Of a stretch of DNA of 64,000 nucleotides, positions 28,488 through 42,865 are shown piece after piece (position 1 is the first letter of the stretch; the number at the start of each line of letters is the position of its first letter). Position numbers and translations under genes: made by a program. Origin of the DNA: a bacterium (lineage in GTDB: Bacteria; UBA8248); contig OY843592.1 in NCBI GenBank assembly GCA_963692865.2, positions 1,376,001 through 1,440,000 of the forward strand, given 5' to 3'. The notes beneath the pieces were generated by a model. It made no database searches, had not been told where the DNA came from, and worked only from the letters and a program-made list of their open reading frames with translations.

Positions 28488-29297
28488 ATGTCAGGCCTCC
28501 CGACGGAGCCGGCCGACCTCGCCGACGTGCAGGCGAGCGCGGATGAGCGCAACGTCAAGATAGACAAGGTGGGTGTCAAGAACATCCGCTATCCCATCGT
28601 GGTGAAGGACCGGGCGAAGGACGCCCAGCACACCATCGGCAACGTCAACATGTACGTGGACCTGCCGCACCACTTCAAGGGCACCCACATGAGCCGCTTC
28701 CTGGAGGTGCTGAACGAGCACACCGACGCCATCGGCGTGGACAGCGTGCCCTCGCTCCTGCAGACAATCCGAGAGCGACTGGACGCCCAGACGGCGCATT
28801 TCTCCGTGACCTTCCCCTACTTCATGCACAAGGCCGCTCCGGTGACGGGCGCGGAGGGCCTGATGGCGCTCGAATGCGGCTTCGAGGCTTCCGCCGGCGC
28901 CGTGGACGACTTCGTCCTGAGCATCATGGTGCGCATCGCCACGCTTTGTCCGTGCTCCAAGGAGATCAGCCTGCGCGGCGCGCACAACCAGCGGGGGCAC
29001 GTTCGCATCAAGGTGCGCTTCGACGGCGAGTTCTGGATCGAGGAGCTCGTCGAGGTCGCCGAGAGCGCGGGAAGCTGCGCGCTCTACCCGATCCTGAAGC
29101 GCGAGGACGAGAAGTTCGTCACAGAGACGGCTTTCGACAACCCCCGCTTCGTGGAGGACGTGGTGCGCGAGGCGGCCCTCCTGCTCCGGAACGACGAGCG
29201 CATCCGGTGGTTCCAGGTGGAGGTGGAGAACTTCGAGTCCATTCACGACCACAACGCCTACGCCTTCATCGAGGAAGAGGTGCGCCGCGGGGAGTAG
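28488..29297 (+). CDS. folE2: GTP cyclohydrolase IB
   Basis: DVQ..IDKVGVK, KGTHMSRF, TLCPCSKEIS..GAHNQRG, NPRFVED, ESIHDHNA. Confidence 0.95.
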   Translation: MSGLPTEPADLADVQASADERNVKIDKVGVKNIRYPIVVKDRAKDAQHTIGNVNMYVDLPHHFKGTHMSRFLEVLNEHTDAIGVDSVPSLLQTIRERLDAQTAHFSVTFPYFMHKAAPVTGAEGLMALECGFEASAGAVDDFVLSIMVRIATLCPCSKEISLRGAHNQRGHVRIKVRFDGEFWIEELVEVAESAGSCALYPILKREDEKFVTETAFDNPRFVEDVVREAALLLRNDERIRWFQVEVENFESIHDHNAYAFIEEEVRRGE

Positions 29298-29344
29298 TTC
29301 GTTTCTGGCGGGTGCTTGCTCGGGATGAGAGCGTTTGGATCAAG

Positions 29345-30190
29345 TAGGGGCGGTTCGCGAACCGCCCCTACGCTTTTTCCAGCCTATCGTCATTCCCGGC
29401 CAACGATGGAGAATCATACCGTAGGGACAGGTCGCGACCTGTCCCTACCACCGTGCTGCGTCTTCATTTCTCCATAGGGGACGCCTACGGGATTGTTGAA
29501 AAAGCCCGTTTTCGTGATTGTGCGTTGCGTATGGAGTGGAGTGGAGTCGACCGAAGAGAGAGGAGACATCACTCCCCCCTTGAGGGTCTGGCTTCCCGAG
29601 GGGAAAGCCAGACGATGAAGCCGAGCGGTTTGTGCGAAGGCTGAATCGGTGGGGGGTGAAACGCGTTTGATCGCCATTCCGAATTCTACCCCCCACCGCA
29701 TCGGATTTCGCCTAAAGGCTCATCCTCTGCGACTCCCCCTCAAGGGGGGAGTGAAATTCAGCTCGCTCCTTCTGAGGGCTTTTCCAACACCCCCCTGAAG
29801 TTTGCCCCCTCAAGAAGTTGTTGAAAAACTCTCATCAATCGGGTTTGGTCTGTAGGGGACGCATACATGCGTCCCGCATACCACGAGCCGGACGGGCCGC
29901 ATATATGTCGGACATATATGTCCGACCTACACCAGGCTTACGACCAAAACGACGGTGCGGGGTGAGGACGTGAAAGAAACGAAAAGGCAGAGTCAAAATG
30001 GATTCCGGCTTTCGCCGGAATGACGATGGGCTACGGGTCGAGGCGGCGCAGGGGCGGGTCGCGGACCCATGAGGGCCCCCTTCGACGGGCTTCGGGCAGG
30101 CTTTCGAGATACTGCTTTCGGCCGCTACTCGGGGTGAGGCTGCACGCGCGGCTAAGAGAGCGGCGGTATTCCATGCGTCGCGCGGCGGCA
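29345..30190. repeat. dense cluster of nested REP/MITE-like elements
   Basis: gtaggggcggttcgcgaaccgcccctac, gtagggacaggtcgcgacctgtccctac, TIR shell 29489-29794 around an ACTCCCCCCTTGAGGG element, tggattccggctttcgccggaatgac, cccttcgac motif. Confidence 0.75.
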
Positions 30191-30297
30191 CTCAAGATTC
30201 CCTCATCAAGTTTCGCGCTTTTCTCGCGCCGGAAAATCGCTTATAACCACTCCTCGGTTTGGGTTTTGGTCTTTAAGCATTTGATTCGGGATGGTTT

Positions 30298-34071
<3,774 letters not shown>

Positions 34072-34248
34072 TTTTGCCTTTCTCATCCGCACCCCGCCAC
34101 GGAGGCCGGACGCGTTCGGGATTCCGCGTTGACGGCCCGCCCGTGCGCGGCTAGATTGAGTGGCTCAGGCGCACCGCCCGGGGGACTCCCGAGGGGTGGT
34201 GGATTCGGACGTGGTTTTCGAGTATAAGCCTTTGCTCGCCAAGGGAAT

Positions 34249-34333
34249 GCGAGGGTGGCGGAACTGGTAGACGCGCTGGATTTAGGATCCAGTGCCTTCG
34301 GGCGTGGGGGTTCGAGTCCCCCCCTTCGCACCA
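34249..34333 (+). tRNA. tRNA-Leu(TAG)
   Basis: gcgaggg acceptor stem, anticodon arm ctgga-tttagga-tccag, long variable arm, gttcgagtc, CCA. Confidence 0.95.
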
Positions 34334-34383
34334 ATGGCCGTGATTTTTCATATTCTTGGGTTTGTGGTTCTGGAGAGTCAGGC

Positions 34384-35760
34384 ATGACCGGCACAGTGAG
34401 CGACATCGACGCCTGCACGAAGCGTCTCGAAGTCGCCGTCCCGCGCGCGGAGGTCGCCGACGAGATGGATCGCGCCTACAGGCGGCTATCGGGGCGCGTG
34501 AAGATGAAGGGCTTCCGGAAGGGGAAAATCCCCCGCCGCGTGCTCGAGCGCTACTACGGCGAGGAGGTGCAGGCCGAGGTTCTGAACCACGTGATATCGA
34601 CTTCCTACCGCAGCCTGCTGGAGGACAGGGGCATGCGCCCGGTGGGCGAGCCGAACGTGACCGACATCAATATGGACGACGACGCGCCCGAGTTGACGTA
34701 CAAGGCGACGGTGGAGGTGATCCCCCCCTTCGAACTCGGCGAGTACGAGGGGCTTAAACTCAAGGTCCAGCGCCGCGCGGTGACGGACGAGATGGTCGAC
34801 AAGCAGATCGAGGCGCTCCGGCAGCGCGCCGCCACGTTCGAGGACGTGGACAGGGAGGCCCGGGCGGGGGACTACGTTCTCTTCGACATCGAGGGCTTCG
34901 AGGATGAGGAGGCCGTGCCCGGCACCCGGGGGGAGAACCAGGCCCTCATGATCGGGGGCGATGAGAGCGAAAAGGAATTGAGCGACGCCCTCACAGGCAT
35001 GAGGACGGGCGAGGAGGCGGACGTCGATATCGACGTTCCAGAAGGCGCCTCGCCCAACATCGCGGGCAAGAGCCTCCGGTTCCACCTGCAGTTGAAGGAA
35101 GTGAAAGAAGCGCATCCGCCCGAACTGGACGAGGAGTTCGTCAAGTCCCTGGGCCGCGGCTACGCGAGCACGGAGGATTTGCGGGCGGACGTAGTCAAAG
35201 AGATGGAATCCATGGAGGATGCGAACGCGCGCGGCCAGGGGATATCCGAGCTCCTGAAATCGTTGCTGGAGGCGCATCCCTTCGAAGTCCCCCCCACGCT
35301 GGTCAAGGGGGAGGCGGATGAGCAGATTCGCGAGTACGAGCGCAGGCTGCGCCAGGAAAACCCCGACGCTCAGCTTTCGGCAGCCAGGATCGAGGAGTTG
35401 CATGAGGAGGTGACGCCCCAGGCGGAGGAGCAGGTGCGCAGGCTCATCCTCGTGGAGCGCATCCGCGAGGCCGAGGAAATCGAGGCGAGCGCCGAGGAGG
35501 TCGAGGCGCAGATCAGGCTCTCGGCCGCGCGCTACGGCATGACGCCCGAGAAGCTTCGCGAGCGGATGATGACGACCGGGGCGATGGCCTCGCTCGTCTC
35601 GAACATCAACTACAACAAGACGGTGAGTTGGCTGTATGATCAGGCCGACGTGGAATTCGACGTTCACGATGCCGCCGAGCACGAGGCGCATTCCCCCGGC
35701 TCCGAAGAGGACTTGGGCGAGGAGCGCTCGGCAGACGGCGATTCGAAAGAGGATGGATGA
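34384..35760 (+). CDS. tig: trigger factor
   Basis: Ribosome-binding KGFRKGKIP, FKBP-like domain; tRNA-Leu-tig-clpP-clpX synteny. Confidence 0.94.
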   Translation: MTGTVSDIDACTKRLEVAVPRAEVADEMDRAYRRLSGRVKMKGFRKGKIPRRVLERYYGEEVQAEVLNHVISTSYRSLLEDRGMRPVGEPNVTDINMDDDAPELTYKATVEVIPPFELGEYEGLKLKVQRRAVTDEMVDKQIEALRQRAATFEDVDREARAGDYVLFDIEGFEDEEAVPGTRGENQALMIGGDESEKELSDALTGMRTGEEADVDIDVPEGASPNIAGKSLRFHLQLKEVKEAHPPELDEEFVKSLGRGYASTEDLRADVVKEMESMEDANARGQGISELLKSLLEAHPFEVPPTLVKGEADEQIREYERRLRQENPDAQLSAARIEELHEEVTPQAEEQVRRLILVERIREAEEIEASAEEVEAQIRLSAARYGMTPEKLRERMMTTGAMASLVSNINYNKTVSWLYDQADVEFDVHDAAEHEAHSPGSEEDLGEERSADGDSKEDG

Positions 35761-35763
35761 ACA

Positions 35764-36414
35764 GTGGCTCTCGTACCCATGGTGGTGGAACAGACGAACA
35801 GAGGCGAGCGGGCGTATGACATCTACAGCCGCCTGCTCAAGGAGAGGATCATCTTTCTGGGCACGGCGATAGACGACACCATCGCGAACCTCGTGACGGC
35901 CCAGCTTCTTTTCCTGGAGGCGGAGGAGCCCGATAGGGACATCGCCATGTACGTGAACAGCCCGGGCGGGGCCGTCACGGCGGGTCTCGCCATTTACGAC
36001 ACGATGCAGTACATCAAGCCCGACGTGTCGACCATCTGCATCGGCCAGGCGGCGAGCATGGGCGCGCTCCTGCTGACGGCGGGCGCGAAGGGCAAGCGCT
36101 ACGCCCTGCCCAACTCGCGCATCCTGATCCACCAGCCCCTGGGCGGCGTGCAGGGTCAGGCGAGCGACATCGACATCCAGGCGCGCGAGATTCTCCGCAT
36201 GCGCGAGGAACTCAACGAGATTCTCGCGAGGCACACCGGCCAGTCGATCAAGCGGATTGAAAAGGACACCGATCGGGACAATTTCATGACGGCCGAGCAG
36301 GCGAAGGACTACGGCCTGCTCGACGACGTGATCGTCGCGCGCACGGACGCGTCGAATCTCATTTCGGGCGACGGCATGGATGACGGCCAGAATCAGGAGA
36401 ACAACGGCTCCTGA
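35764..36414 (+). CDS. clpP: ATP-dependent Clp protease proteolytic subunit
   Basis: [34 protein letters not shown]. Confidence 0.98.
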   Translation: MALVPMVVEQTNRGERAYDIYSRLLKERIIFLGTAIDDTIANLVTAQLLFLEAEEPDRDIAMYVNSPGGAVTAGLAIYDTMQYIKPDVSTICIGQAASMGALLLTAGAKGKRYALPNSRILIHQPLGGVQGQASDIDIQAREILRMREELNEILARHTGQSIKRIEKDTDRDNFMTAEQAKDYGLLDDVIVARTDASNLISGDGMDDGQNQENNGS

Positions 36415-36466
36415 CCGGGGCCGGGTTTCGTTTCAAGAAGCGTTCTTCACCGAGGGGGAATGATCG

Positions 36467-37708
<1,242 letters not shown>

Positions 37709-37867
37709 GCCGGCTCCCGCATCGTTTCTCCGTCAGTCGAGCGTTTCGTGAGTCTTTAGCCGCTTGGTCCGCTTCGCGCGGCATCCGGGGAGTCTGCCCC
37801 AAGGAGGGGGCGGGTTGGTTTTTTTCGTAAGGGGCGTTATTTTTCATTCGGGTGGGGAAGGCGCGCG

Positions 37868-37897
37868 TTGACAATGCGCGGGCCGCTTCCCTATCAT
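37868..37897 (+). promoter_or_regulatory. sigma70 promoter for tRNA-Val/thrS
   Basis: TTGACA-18 bp-TATCAT. Confidence 0.65.
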
Positions 37898-37923
37898 TTC
37901 GCTATGCCGGATATACCGGACGA

Positions 37924-37998
37924 AGGCGCGTAGCTCAGGGGGAGAGCGCTTGCTTGACACGCAAGAGGTCGGCGGTTCAAAACCGCCCGCGCCTACCA
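37924..37998 (+). tRNA. tRNA-Val(GAC)
   Basis: aggcgcg/cgcgcct stem, cttgc-ttgacac-gcaag, ggttcaa, CCA. Confidence 0.95.
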
Positions 37999-38092
37999 TC
38001 ATGGAATTGACGATGAGGCGAATCGCCGCCGCATCGTGGAGATAATTCAAGGAACTCGAAGAGGAGGTTGCGGCGCCAGCCAACGCCCGTTT

Positions 38093-39970
38093 ATGTCCCA
38101 GCAAACCCAGCAAAAAGACTTTCCCAAAGACGCCATCGCGATCAAGATTGGCGGCGCGACCGTTGATTTGAACCGCGGCCTTCCCGACGCCGCCGAACCG
38201 GAGTTCATCCTCCTCGATTCCGAGGAGGGACTGGAGATTCTGCGCCACAGCACGGCGCACCTCATGGCCCAGGCCGTGCAGGAGCTCTTCCCGGGCGCGC
38301 AGCTCACCATCGGCCCTCCCATCGAAAACGGGTTTTATTACGACATCGACGTCGATGCCGCCTTCACGCCCGAGGATTTGAAGACGATAGAGGCGAGAAT
38401 GAAAAAACTCGCCAAGAAGAAATACGCCATCGAGCGCGAGGACATCTCCCGCGCCGACGCGCTTGCCCTTTTCGAGGAAAGGGGCGAGAGCTACAAGATA
38501 GAGATGATCCACGATTTGCCCGAGGACGAGGCGCTTTCGGTCTACCGCCAGGGCGACTTCGTGGACCTGTGCCGTGGGCCGCACGTTCCCGGCACGGGCT
38601 GGCTGCGCAACTTCAAGCTCCTGAGCGTGGCGGGCGCATACTGGCGAGGCGACGAGAAGAACAAGATGCTCCAGCGCATCTACGGCACCGCCTTCGCGAC
38701 GAAAGAAGACCTGGCCGACCATCTGCAGAAACTCGAAGACGCGAGAAAGAGAGACCACCGCGTCATCGGCAAGCAACTCGGCATTTTCCTGGTCGATGAG
38801 GACGCGGGCGGCGGCCTCATCTACTGGCAGCCCCGGGGCGCGACCGTCAAGAAGGTGATCGAGCGCTTCTGGGAGGATGAGCACGTCAAGCGCGGCTACC
38901 AGCTCGTCTCCATCCCCCACATCACGCGCGACGTGCTCTTCAAGACCTCCGGCCATTATGATTTCTACCGGGAAAACATGTACGTCCTGAACATCGACGA
39001 GGATGAATACGTCCTGAAGCCCATGAACTGCCCGGGCCACATCCTCATCTACCAGCAGAAGATACACAGTTACCGCGATCTGCCCTACCGGCTGGCGGAA
39101 TTGGGCACGGTCTACCGCTACGAGCGCAGCGGCGCGCTGCACGGCATGCTCCGGGTGCGTGGCTTCACCCAGGACGACGCGCACATCTTCTGCACGCCGG
39201 AGCAGGCCGAAGACGAAGTGCTGGGCGTCATCGATCTGGCCCACTTCATGCTCAGGACGTTCGGCTACGAGGATTTCGAGACCGAGCTCTCGGTGCACGA
39301 TTCTTCTGATTTCAGCAAGTACGCCGGCGTGCTCGAGGACTGGGAGGCGGCGGAGGAGGCGCTCACCCGCGCACTCGAAAAACGCGGTATCTCCTATAAG
39401 CGCATCGAGGGCGAGGCGGCGTTCTACGGGCCGAAAATCGACATCAAGATGCGCGACGCCCTGGGCCGGGGCTGGCAGGGGCCGACCATCCAGTTCGACT
39501 TCAACCTGCCAAAGCGCTTCGATCTGAACTTCGTCGGCGCGGACGGCGCGCGACACAAGGTCATCATGATCCACAGAACCGTCATGGGTTCGATGGAGCG
39601 CTTCGTGGGCGGGCTGATAGAGCACTACGCGGGCGCGTTCCCGGCGTGGCTCGCGCCCGAGCAGGCGCGGGTCATGACGATCACCGACGATCACATCCCC
39701 TACGGCCGCGAGGTGGAGGGCAGGCTGCTCGCCGCGGGCTTCCGCGCGGAGGGGGATTTCCGAAACGAGAAGATTGGGTATAAAATAAGGGAAGCCCAGC
39801 GAGACAAGATACCGTACATGCTCATCCTCGGCGCGCGCGAGGCGGAAACGGGAGAAGTTTCCCTGAGGCTTCGCGAGCAAGGAGACGTGGGATCCATTTC
39901 ATTGGAGGAACTTATGCAGAGAATGCGAAGCGACATTGAAACGAAATCACTCACCGCGGGAGCGGTCTGA
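38093..39970 (+). CDS. thrS: threonine--tRNA ligase
   Basis: RHSTAHLMAQA, DLCRGPHV, KPMNCPGH, RYERSGALHG, IHR..GSMERF. Confidence 0.97.
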   Translation: MSQQTQQKDFPKDAIAIKIGGATVDLNRGLPDAAEPEFILLDSEEGLEILRHSTAHLMAQAVQELFPGAQLTIGPPIENGFYYDIDVDAAFTPEDLKTIEARMKKLAKKKYAIEREDISRADALALFEERGESYKIEMIHDLPEDEALSVYRQGDFVDLCRGPHVPGTGWLRNFKLLSVAGAYWRGDEKNKMLQRIYGTAFATKEDLADHLQKLEDARKRDHRVIGKQLGIFLVDEDAGGGLIYWQPRGATVKKVIERFWEDEHVKRGYQLVSIPHITRDVLFKTSGHYDFYRENMYVLNIDEDEYVLKPMNCPGHILIYQQKIHSYRDLPYRLAELGTVYRYERSGALHGMLRVRGFTQDDAHIFCTPEQAEDEVLGVIDLAHFMLRTFGYEDFETELSVHDSSDFSKYAGVLEDWEAAEEALTRALEKRGISYKRIEGEAAFYGPKIDIKMRDALGRGWQGPTIQFDFNLPKRFDLNFVGADGARHKVIMIHRTVMGSMERFVGGLIEHYAGAFPAWLAPEQARVMTITDDHIPYGREVEGRLLAAGFRAEGDFRNEKIGYKIREAQRDKIPYMLILGAREAETGEVSLRLREQGDVGSISLEELMQRMRSDIETKSLTAGAV

Positions 39971-39971
39971 T

Positions 39972-40703
39972 ATGGCGTCGCGCTTCAGAGGGCGGGACAT
40001 CCACCCGACGGCCACGGGCCCGAGAGCCAACCGCGACATCCGCGTTCCCATGGTGCGCGTCATCGACGAGGACGGCCAGCAGCTCGGCGTTCTCCCCGTG
40101 GAGGAGGCGGTGGAGGCCGCGGAAGACCGGGACTTGGACCTCGTCGAGGTGTCCCCCAACGCGGACCCGCCCGTGTGCAAGATCATGGACCTGGGCCGCT
40201 ACAAGTACACGCAGCAGAAAAAGGCGCAGGAAGCCAAGAAGAAACAGCGCGTGGTGGAGGTGAAGGAAGTCAAGCTTCGCATCAAGATTGAAGAGCACGA
40301 CTACGCGATCAAGCGAAGGCACGCGGAGCGGTTCCTGAACGACGGCAACAAGGCGAAGGTCACCATCATGTTCCGCGGACGCGAGGTGACGCACCCCGAC
40401 CTCGGACGAAAACTGCTGGAAAGAATGGCGAACGAACTCATCGAGATCGGCACGGTGGAGCAGTTCCCCAACCTCGAAGGCCGCAACATGACGATGGTGC
40501 TCGCGCCGAAATCGACAAAACCGCCCAAAAAGGATACAACGCCGCGCAAGAAATCGGGCAGGAAAGCAGAAGACGTCTCGGTGGACGACGGGAAACTGAC
40601 GGCTCCTCTGGCCGATGCGCTTAAGGAAGCACAGATTGAACTCGGCCCGGACGGCGGGGCGGAGGACGAGAAACCCGAGGGAGAAGCGAAAGAAGATGCC
40701 TAA
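39972..40703 (+). CDS. infC: translation initiation factor IF-3 (C-terminal extension)
   Basis: [30 protein letters not shown]; start uncertain. Confidence 0.93.
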   Translation: MASRFRGRDIHPTATGPRANRDIRVPMVRVIDEDGQQLGVLPVEEAVEAAEDRDLDLVEVSPNADPPVCKIMDLGRYKYTQQKKAQEAKKKQRVVEVKEVKLRIKIEEHDYAIKRRHAERFLNDGNKAKVTIMFRGREVTHPDLGRKLLERMANELIEIGTVEQFPNLEGRNMTMVLAPKSTKPPKKDTTPRKKSGRKAEDVSVDDGKLTAPLADALKEAQIELGPDGGAEDEKPEGEAKEDA

Positions 40704-40893
40704 GATGAAGACGAACCGCGGAGCGGCCAAGCGTTTCAAGATAACGGCAACGGGCAAGGTGAAGCGGAACCGCTCCCATCACCGTCATATCCTGACGAAG
40801 AAGACGACGAAAAGAAAGAGGGAACTGCGCCACAGCATCATCGCGAACCCCACGGACGCGAAGATGATCAAGCGGCTGATACCTTATATGTAG
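40696..40893 (+). CDS. rpmI: 50S ribosomal protein L35
   Basis: [21 protein letters not shown]. Confidence 0.97.
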   Translation: MPKMKTNRGAAKRFKITATGKVKRNRSHHRHILTKKTTKRKRELRHSIIANPTDAKMIKRLIPYM

Positions 40894-40972
40894 CCTTTTC
40901 GCAGGCGCGGTCATGGTTTCGCCCCGGGCGCGCGATGAACCCGCGCCGTCATTTCGCCGGAGCTGAGAAAAC

Positions 40973-41122
40973 ATGAGCAATCCGGTGGGCAATCTGAATG
41001 ACTTTATCAAGTCGATCTTGGGCGGGGTCGGATCATTCGTAGTGGAATATCCCTACGCTGCAGGGGCGGTCCTCTTTTTGGCCATCATTCTCAGGCGCAC
41101 CATCAAGCGCGCCAGAAGGTAA
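40973..41122 (+). CDS. 49-aa small membrane protein between rpmI and rplT
   Basis: MSNPVGNLNDFIKSILGGVGSFVVEYPYAAGAVLFLAIILRRTIKRARR; hydrophobic helix with basic tail; below the ORF-track cutoff. Confidence 0.55.
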   Translation: MSNPVGNLNDFIKSILGGVGSFVVEYPYAAGAVLFLAIILRRTIKRARR

Positions 41123-41272
41123 CGCGCCCCTTTTCCGCTTTTGTCATTTCGGGCTTGCGGTCATCCGGTTGTGCGGGTATATTCCCCCGGTCGGTCGCCG
41201 GAATTGCTTGATAATTCGCGGCGGCCTCCCGGGGAACGGAAGAAAATCATCGATTGAGGGAGTAACCGAATC

Positions 41273-41629
41273 ATGCCGCGTTCGACAGGAAAACCGGCTG
41301 CCAGAGAACGGCATCGCAGGCTTCTCAAGGAAGCGAAGGGCTATCGCGGCGCGCGCTCGAAGCGGTTCCGCTCCGCGAGGGAGTCCGTGCATCGCGCCCG
41401 CGCCTACGCCTATCGCGACCGCCGGGTGCGCAAGCGCGAGTTCAGGCGTCTTTGGAACGTTCGCATCAATGCGGCGGCCAGGCTGCACGGCCTCAATTAC
41501 AGCCGCTTCATCTGGGGGCTGGGCCAGGCGGGCGTGGAGGTCAACCGCAAGATTCTGGCCGAAATGGCGATTGCCGACCCCCAGGCTTTCGGCAAACTCG
41601 TGGAAATCGCCAAGGCGCAAGCCGCCTAG
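41273..41629 (+). CDS. rplT: 50S ribosomal protein L20
   Basis: [31 protein letters not shown]. Confidence 0.97.
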   Translation: MPRSTGKPAARERHRRLLKEAKGYRGARSKRFRSARESVHRARAYAYRDRRVRKREFRRLWNVRINAAARLHGLNYSRFIWGLGQAGVEVNRKILAEMAIADPQAFGKLVEIAKAQAA

Positions 41630-41653
41630 AGCCGGGCGAGAAAAGATGCTTCA

Positions 41654-41683
41654 GGCTCCACCCTGCCGGGTGGGGCCTTTTTT
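41654..41683 (+). terminator. terminator/attenuator between rplT and pheS
   Basis: ggctccaccc-tgcc-gggtggggcc-tttttt. Confidence 0.6.
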
Positions 41684-41719
41684 ATGCGGCCCCGAAATGA
41701 AGGGGATTGAGGAACGAGC

Positions 41720-42832
41720 ATGAGCGAAGATCGGCTTGTCGACATTATCCGTGAAGCCTCAGGCGCGTTGTCGGGCGCCTGGGCGGCGCGCGACTTGGGC
41801 GCGGCCGAGGGAGTGCGCATCCGCTATCTGGGCCGCAAGGGCGGTGAACTCAACGAGGTGATGCGGGGTCTCAAGGATTTATCCGCGGAGGAAAAGCGCA
41901 TCGTCGGGCCGCTTGCCAACTCCGTTCGCGCCTATATCGAGGCGAGCGTCTCGGCCATCAAGGAAAGCGACAGGGACAAGATAATCGAAGCGCACCGCGC
42001 CCTCGGTGAGAGCCTGAGAGGCAGGGAAGAGAACGGCGCGTTGGGCGAGATGATCGAGCAACGAGCGAGCGAGATTCTGGGCGCCGCCGACGTCGCCGCC
42101 GAATCGCGCTCGCGGCTCGACCTCACGATTCCAGGGCGCGCGCCGCTCATCGGCCACGAGCATCCACTCGTCCAGACGATGGAGGATTTGATCGAGGTGC
42201 TCACGCGTCTGGGCTATTCCGTGGCGGAAGGCCCCGAGGCGGAACTCGACTATTACAACTTCGAGGCTCTGAACATTCCCAAGGATCACCCCGCGCGAGA
42301 CATGCAGGACACGTTTTATCTGGCCGGCGACGCCCTTTTGCGCACGCACACCTCGCCCGTGCAGATCCGGGTGATGGAGAGCCGGCCGCCGCCCGTAAAG
42401 GTCATCGCGCCGGGCAAGGTCTTCCGCTGTGACGCCGACGTGACGCATTCGCCCATGTTCCATCAGATAGAGGGTCTCTACGTGGACGAGGGCGTTACGT
42501 TCGCCGACCTCAAGGGGACGCTCGAGGCCTTCGTGCGCGAAATCTTCGGGCCGGAGTACCGCGTGCGGTTGAGGCCCAGCTTCTTCCCGTTCACGGAGCC
42601 GAGCGTCGAGGTGGATATCGCCAGCGATCATGTGGCGGGCGGGGAATGGATGGAGGTACTCGGCGCGGGCATGGTGGACCCGGCGGTCTTCGAGGCGGTG
42701 GGGTACGACCCCGAGCGGTGGACCGGATTCGCCTGGGGTCTTGGAGTGGAGCGCATCACCATGCTGCGCTACGGCATCAGCGACATCCGACTTTTCTTTG
42801 AAAACGATTTGAGAATGCTGCGGCAATTCTGA
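41720..42832 (+). CDS. pheS: phenylalanine--tRNA ligase alpha subunit
   Basis: HPARDMQDTF, LRTHTSPVQ, FFPFTEPS, GFAWGLGVER. Confidence 0.97.
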   Translation: MSEDRLVDIIREASGALSGAWAARDLGAAEGVRIRYLGRKGGELNEVMRGLKDLSAEEKRIVGPLANSVRAYIEASVSAIKESDRDKIIEAHRALGESLRGREENGALGEMIEQRASEILGAADVAAESRSRLDLTIPGRAPLIGHEHPLVQTMEDLIEVLTRLGYSVAEGPEAELDYYNFEALNIPKDHPARDMQDTFYLAGDALLRTHTSPVQIRVMESRPPPVKVIAPGKVFRCDADVTHSPMFHQIEGLYVDEGVTFADLKGTLEAFVREIFGPEYRVRLRPSFFPFTEPSVEVDIASDHVAGGEWMEVLGAGMVDPAVFEAVGYDPERWTGFAWGLGVERITMLRYGISDIRLFFENDLRMLRQF

Positions 42833-42865
42833 TTTTCAGGATTGAACGCTCGATGAGGAACCCCG

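Noticed and set aside
7000-30200. Integron cassette array explaining the defence-like genes
   Set aside because: Mixed orientations, interleaved housekeeping genes, no attC pattern or IntI seen
30190-30297. SAM or cobalamin riboswitch before metH
   Set aside because: No recognisable conserved motif
34255-34383. Long N-terminal extension of trigger factor in the ORF track
   Set aside because: It overlaps tRNA-Leu; the real start is ATG 34384
37844-39880. Long antisense ORFs (also 34486-36234, 43451-45292, 50062-51777) and the alternate-frame ORF 21752-23686
   Set aside because: Shadow frames of high-GC genes, with no recognisable motifs
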